A stretch of 62,937 bases of DNA, the filler included, from Vannella sp. (taxonomy: Eukaryota), in assembly GCA_023345925.1 (NCBI GenBank). It is 6 parts of 6 records of this genome, joined end to end, with 100 filler letters (N's around TTAATTAATTAA, not from the genome) between each part and the next. Parts side by side here need not be neighbours in the genome. Positions count along the whole stretch, not along the records: positions 55,184 to 62,937 come from JAJQQN010000542.1; 5 more parts are not named here. The stretch is one strand, 5' to 3'. The notes beneath the pieces are model-generated. The model saw only the letters and a list, made by a program, of their open reading frames with translations, was not told the DNA's origin and made no database searches. The stretch's first letter is position 1, and every line of letters starts with the position of its first letter. This document shows, one piece after another, positions 58,355 through 62,937 of this stretch. A program made the translations under genes and the position numbers.

Positions 58355-58935
58355 ATAACACCATATAATAGACCTCTCGCTGGCAATGGACAGCGACCAC
58401 CTCACAGTCAGACCTAGAGAAGCATAAATTCTTCACCAGTCACTGAACGTTTCTCGTTGGCACAGATGGCTTTGACAGGATCCTAAAGCTGAAAGTTATG
58501 GCCCCATGCAAAGCTGAAGCTACATCGGGCCCAGTTGTTGGAAAAGGAACCCTTCTGCGACTTTCTGGGGCCAAGGTGAACCCATCCGCATCCTTCCCTT
58601 TCAAAGTGGCTGTGATTGCGATCCTCTGGACCATTTGTTGGCGTTCAACTTCCTTTTGGGCGAGGACGACACTTTGAACGCTGCTCCTTCGTTTGAGGAC
58701 ACGAATGTGGCTGTAGCGGACGCTGGGAAGCTGCGGTGTGCTGTGGGGACATCCATTTCCTTTGGTATGTGAAGGGAGGAGTGTGGGGGAAGCGTGGGGA
58801 GGTGGAGTTGCTGTTGGATGGTTCCCAAAGGTGCAAGTTTGGAGAGACTTCACTGCTGCTTCTTGTAGCTTAGCGATAACCATCTGTGATGTAAGTAGAG
58901 GGAGAAAGAGGGAGTTTCTTTCATTTTCATTTGGG

Positions 58936-60258
58936 ATGGGGAAGCTGGAAAGCCTTCTTTGTGTGGTTTTGGGGTTGGGCTTGGTTGTGGGGTTGGAATT
59001 GAATGTGCAAGTGATGTACAATGGAAGTCCTAGTCCTCAGAGCATGTACTTGCGTGGAGATGGGCTGGGACTGAACTGGAACGAGGGTGTTGTGTTGGCT
59101 CCTTCCAACTCGACCCCATTCCTCTGGACTGGCGTGTTCTCGTACTCAAGCGCTAGCGTTGGAAGCAAGTGAGTTCCAAAGTACCATTCCTGTCACCTGT
59201 CTGATAGAGCTGCTCAAGAGTGCAGATGAAACCTCTCAAGGGCGACACTCGATGGTCCATTGGCGCTAACTTTCAAGTGCTCTTGCCCTCCAGGTCCAGC
59301 TCTGTGGTGATCTATCCTTGGTTTAACACTGGAGCTGGAATGTACAAAGTGATAGGCCAGGTCTTCTCCCCACAGCTGAACAACACTCGAGACATTGTCA
59401 TTTACACTCCTCCTTCGTACTACGAGAACACTCTGAAGCCAATGACCAACGTTTTGGTTATGCATGATGGTCAGAACATCTTCAACGCGTCAACTTCCTT
59501 CGGTGGGACACCCTGGGGCTGTGATAAGACCGTGGACAGACTCGTCGTTCAAGGCGACATGGAAGAAGTCCTCATCATTGGAGTCTACAACACTCCCGAC
59601 CGTCTCAACGAGTACACCTACATCTATGATCCATGCTACGATACCACGCTTTTGGGGGAATGCGTTGGAGGTGGCGGATTGGGAGACATTTACCTCGATT
59701 TTCTCATCGAAACGGCAGTACCCTTTGTCTCTAGCTCTGGCTATCGCATTGAAACGAAGAAAGAAAACCTCGGAGTCTTAGGGTCATCTCTAGGTGGTCT
59801 TATCTCTTGCTATGCAGGTGAGTGATCCTGCACAGAATTTTCTCAAGCTTACTGGTTGGCAGGGTGGACAAGGAGCTCAGTTTTTGGCAAGTCTGGATGC
59901 ATGTCGTCTTCTTTTTGGTGGGACAAGCGCAACTTTGACGTCAGCATTCTTGCGGATTATCCGCCCCCTAATCGAGAGACATTCTACGTCGACAGCGGAG
60001 ATTGCTGCCCTGAACCTTATTCAGATGACCGCTATGTACGATATATTCAAATCCGTAAGATACCTTGCACTGACTTCTTTGCAGCAAACTCTGCAAGTCC
60101 GGAATCATATGGAACGTCTCGGGTGGGTGATTGGAAAAGATCTTTTTTACTACTTGGACAAAGGAGGACAACATAATGAATACTATTGGGGCCGACGCTT
60201 TGACCAGCCCATGAAGGATTTGTATCCCATAACGAACTCGCCCACTAGTCCTCTCTAG
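58936..60258 (+). CDS. Secreted alpha/beta-hydrolase (putative esterase family) with N-terminal CBM20-like domain; 3 introns
   Basis: Signal peptide; YLRGDGLGLNWNEG; RDIVIYTPPSY, VLVMHDGQNIF, RLNEYT, GSSLGG nucleophile elbow, FYVDSG, GGQHNEYYWGRRF. Confidence 0.87.
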
Positions 60259-62498
60259 TTTTCCTCGGGAAGGTTTAACTCTTCTAAAGACTCTTCAGGA
60301 GCATCGACTTGAATGGCTAAATGGGCTTCTTTGACCTTCTCTAGTTGAAGGTGGATACGAATGGCGTCAGAGATCTTCAATTTGAAGTTCTTTGCGATTG
60401 TAGCAGGGCTCATGAGCATCAAATGACCGGGAATTGCTTTCAGCTCCAGCACTCGCTCTGCTGGAAGTGCAATGCCTGCTTCTTCCAAAAATTCTACGGA
60501 AGACTCAGGCGTTTTGCTTTGGCAGAGTTGGCAGGCTTTCTGGTGGTCCCGATTAAGAATCAATCCGTTTGTAAGATGGTGGATTCCAAGAAGGATTCGC
60601 TGCTGTTGAATAACATCCACCACTCCCAGCTCCATCAGAAGATCTTCTTTTAGATGAGGAAGAAATGCTAAAGTGACTTCTTCTTCAAGTGCCTCGGCAA
60701 TCTTTGGGATGTTAGAGACTCCGAAGAGGTTCAGGACAAAGCCCAAATCATCGCAAGTGAGGTCATCAGGCTGACTTGACCCCAGCTTTTGCTTCATCTC
60801 TTCATGAACAATAGCTTCCACTTCCACTGCCTTCTTCAAGAAAGGCTCAATCGAGGCTGTGACTTTGAGCTGTTGCTTTGTGCGTTCATGAGTCTGCTTG
60901 CTTTTGTAGAGAGACCTTTCAGCGGCTTCGAGTGCATCTTCTTGCTTTGCCAAGAGTACTTTAGTTTCTCTAACGATTTCCATCATTTGAGCAACACTGG
61001 CTTCTTCTTGCTCCAAAGCGATGTATTCTCGGTCTACCTGCTGCTCCAATTCTTCTTTGTAGAGACTCTCTTTTAACAGCAGGCTGTTCCAGTCTGCTGT
61101 GGGGGTATTCCCTCGGGCCAAATTGGATCGGAAATCATCACAAAGCTGGAGAAGATCTTCTTCTGTCAACTCTTCAATGGGATTCTCCCTCTGTTCACCA
61201 TCACAGATAGTCTGGATTGTTTGCCATATATCAATATCTTCTCTTGGTGGATGAAGATCAACGCAACGGGGCGAGAGATCTGGAGACTGGTCCATCTCAT
61301 TGCTAAAAGCAGAGCTTGAGAATTCATCTTCATCGGAAGAGCGATTCGGAGAAAGACTGAGAACTTCTCTCATTCTGTGAGCAAGAACTGGACTGCACGA
61401 TCGAGGGGCCTCACCAACTGGAGGGTAAAGTGAGAGATTGGGTTGAAGAGGACAGCTTGCAGGAGCCATTTGACTGCCTTTGTGACCCAGTCCGAGTTGT
61501 CCAAACTGGTTGAGACCAAAAGCTATCACCTTTCCGTCCGATTTGAAGACCAACGTGTGATGTCCTCCCACCAAGAACGTCCTTGTATCCACTAGTGACT
61601 CCAAAAGACCAGGTTGGGACATGACAGACGTATTTCCAGTTCCAAGTTGCCCATAAGCGCCTCTTCCCCAGCACCAAACGTTTCCTTCCTCGTCCAAGGC
61701 AAGAGTATGCTCCTCTCCACACATAGCAGTCCTCAGTGGAGGCATGGACACAGAGGATGAGGTATCTGTGATGCGTTCAAAGACAGTACCATCTCCAGGA
61801 CGCCCCAATTGACCAAAGCTGTTAGCTCCTGCCGACCAAATGCGCCCTCGAGAGTCGATGAGAGCTGAAGCTTGATACAGCGCGGACAGCGAACGCAGAG
61901 GCCATAGCAGACCTTTAGGCCGTATGTTGATTGGTTCTTTGACTGGCCTCTTGTGGCCAACACCAAGCTGGCCTTGAGCGTTGTCTCCGAACACCCAAAG
62001 TCCGTTGTCAGCCTCTCCTACGAGGAAGTCCCTTCCACAAGCCACTTTCCGAAGCTTAGGGAAACCTTGAACGCGACAAGGTATGTCTGAAGCCCAAGAG
62101 AGACGCGTTTGGGCCGTCCACGCCCAAAGAACTCCATTTTCATCGAGCGCAGCGCTATGTTGGTACCCAGCAACAACCAGGACGATTCGCGGAAGCTCTG
62201 GAACCCGCTTGAAAGTCAGAAAGGGAGAATCAACGCTACGACACCTTCCAGACTCCCAAACACTGCCTTCCTCATCGAGAACAAGGGAGTGGTGGAAGCC
62301 CCAGTCCGCTTGTACAGGCGGAGGACCTTCCCACGGGACCTGAACTGGTTCTGCAGGAGAAACACAATGTCCTATGCCAAGCTGGCCCTCCAAGTTACGT
62401 CCAAACGCCAACAACAAGTCCTTGGTCAACAAAAGCGTGTGGAGCCCCTTGGGCATGAGAAATAAACGTTTTTCCAAACTTGCGATGATCGCCTCCAT
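60255..62498 (-). CDS. RCC1-repeat + coiled-coil + SAM-like domain protein
   Basis: Repeated (F/W)GxNxxGQLGxG and GxxHSL motifs; central coiled coil; C-terminal SAM-like LKEDLLMELGVVDVIQQQRIL. Intronless. Confidence 0.88.
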   Translation of the reverse strand: MEAIIASLEKRLFLMPKGLHTLLLTKDLLLAFGRNLEGQLGIGHCVSPAEPVQVPWEGPPPVQADWGFHHSLVLDEEGSVWESGRCRSVDSPFLTFKRVPELPRIVLVVAGYQHSAALDENGVLWAWTAQTRLSWASDIPCRVQGFPKLRKVACGRDFLVGEADNGLWVFGDNAQGQLGVGHKRPVKEPINIRPKGLLWPLRSLSALYQASALIDSRGRIWSAGANSFGQLGRPGDGTVFERITDTSSSVSMPPLRTAMCGEEHTLALDEEGNVWCWGRGAYGQLGTGNTSVMSQPGLLESLVDTRTFLVGGHHTLVFKSDGKVIAFGLNQFGQLGLGHKGSQMAPASCPLQPNLSLYPPVGEAPRSCSPVLAHRMREVLSLSPNRSSDEDEFSSSAFSNEMDQSPDLSPRCVDLHPPREDIDIWQTIQTICDGEQRENPIEELTEEDLLQLCDDFRSNLARGNTPTADWNSLLLKESLYKEELEQQVDREYIALEQEEASVAQMMEIVRETKVLLAKQEDALEAAERSLYKSKQTHERTKQQLKVTASIEPFLKKAVEVEAIVHEEMKQKLGSSQPDDLTCDDLGFVLNLFGVSNIPKIAEALEEEVTLAFLPHLKEDLLMELGVVDVIQQQRILLGIHHLTNGLILNRDHQKACQLCQSKTPESSVEFLEEAGIALPAERVLELKAIPGHLMLMSPATIAKNFKLKISDAIRIHLQLEKVKEAHLAIQVDAPEESLEELNLPEEN

Positions 62499-62937
62499 GA
62501 GCTAGCTAGTCAGACTGACTACATGTATGGGGTTGAGTTCATGGAAATCCGGATGTGGGCAGAATGTTCCTCGAGAGAATTCGCTCGTTGAAGGGCTCAC
62601 AGGAAACGGACCTTCTCGTTTTTCATACCAACAAAACGAATGACCAGTCATACCCACCAACGCAGAAATTTATTTCCTATTGAACCGCTGATAGGAAAAA
62701 AGGTGGGATTGACCCGATCCGAGCTGGTGAGCCAATCAGATGCCCGCTTTCCGAGGACCTTCGATTTCAGCTTCCATCATCATCTGATTCCAAAACCAGC
62801 GATCAGTTGGCCAGTCGAGAACCCAGCTATTGCTGTCAGGGATGGTTAAGAATATGAAGTAGCTAAAAGCTAAATCCCTTACGGCTTTGGGTAGTAAGCC
62901 CTAAAAACTTAAGCCACAGAAAATTGGGTTTTAGAAG

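Overview
Gene-dense genomic DNA from a unicellular eukaryote. Amoebozoan affinity is an inference from an ABP34-like actin-bundling gene, an RWP-RK factor and a Rac GTPase. The code is standard and introns are short GT-AG (mostly ~45-95 nt) with CTRAC/CTCAC-like branch points. The window is six unrelated contigs joined by artificial 100-nt N/TTAATTAATTAA/N linkers. Most genes are ordinary: GH15 glucoamylase, GCN5/PCAF, methylmalonyl-CoA mutase, PCH2/TRIP13, GRAM-VASt, Rac, RPL34, RPL15, importin-beta, RhoGAP and RING ligases. The main discovery lies in two apparent ORF deserts (23.3-24.6 kb and 30.2-32.5 kb, on different contigs). Both are ankyrin-repeat genes whose conserved helical cores are normal exons, while the inter-repeat beta-hairpin loops are encoded by arrays of single-codon (3-nt) phase-0 microexons, each flanked by canonical splice sites. 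There are 13 microexons in one gene and 22 in the other; they are Trp-rich and none is a stop codon. One gene fuses this variable ANK module to a protein kinase and a HECT E3 ligase. Alternative splicing could generate a combinatorial 'natural DARPin' receptor library; this is an inference that needs RNA-seq. Also noted: a dispersed structured repeat or candidate ncRNA in three copies, telo-box motifs in promoters, and a TPR protein with tandem HEPN-like domains.
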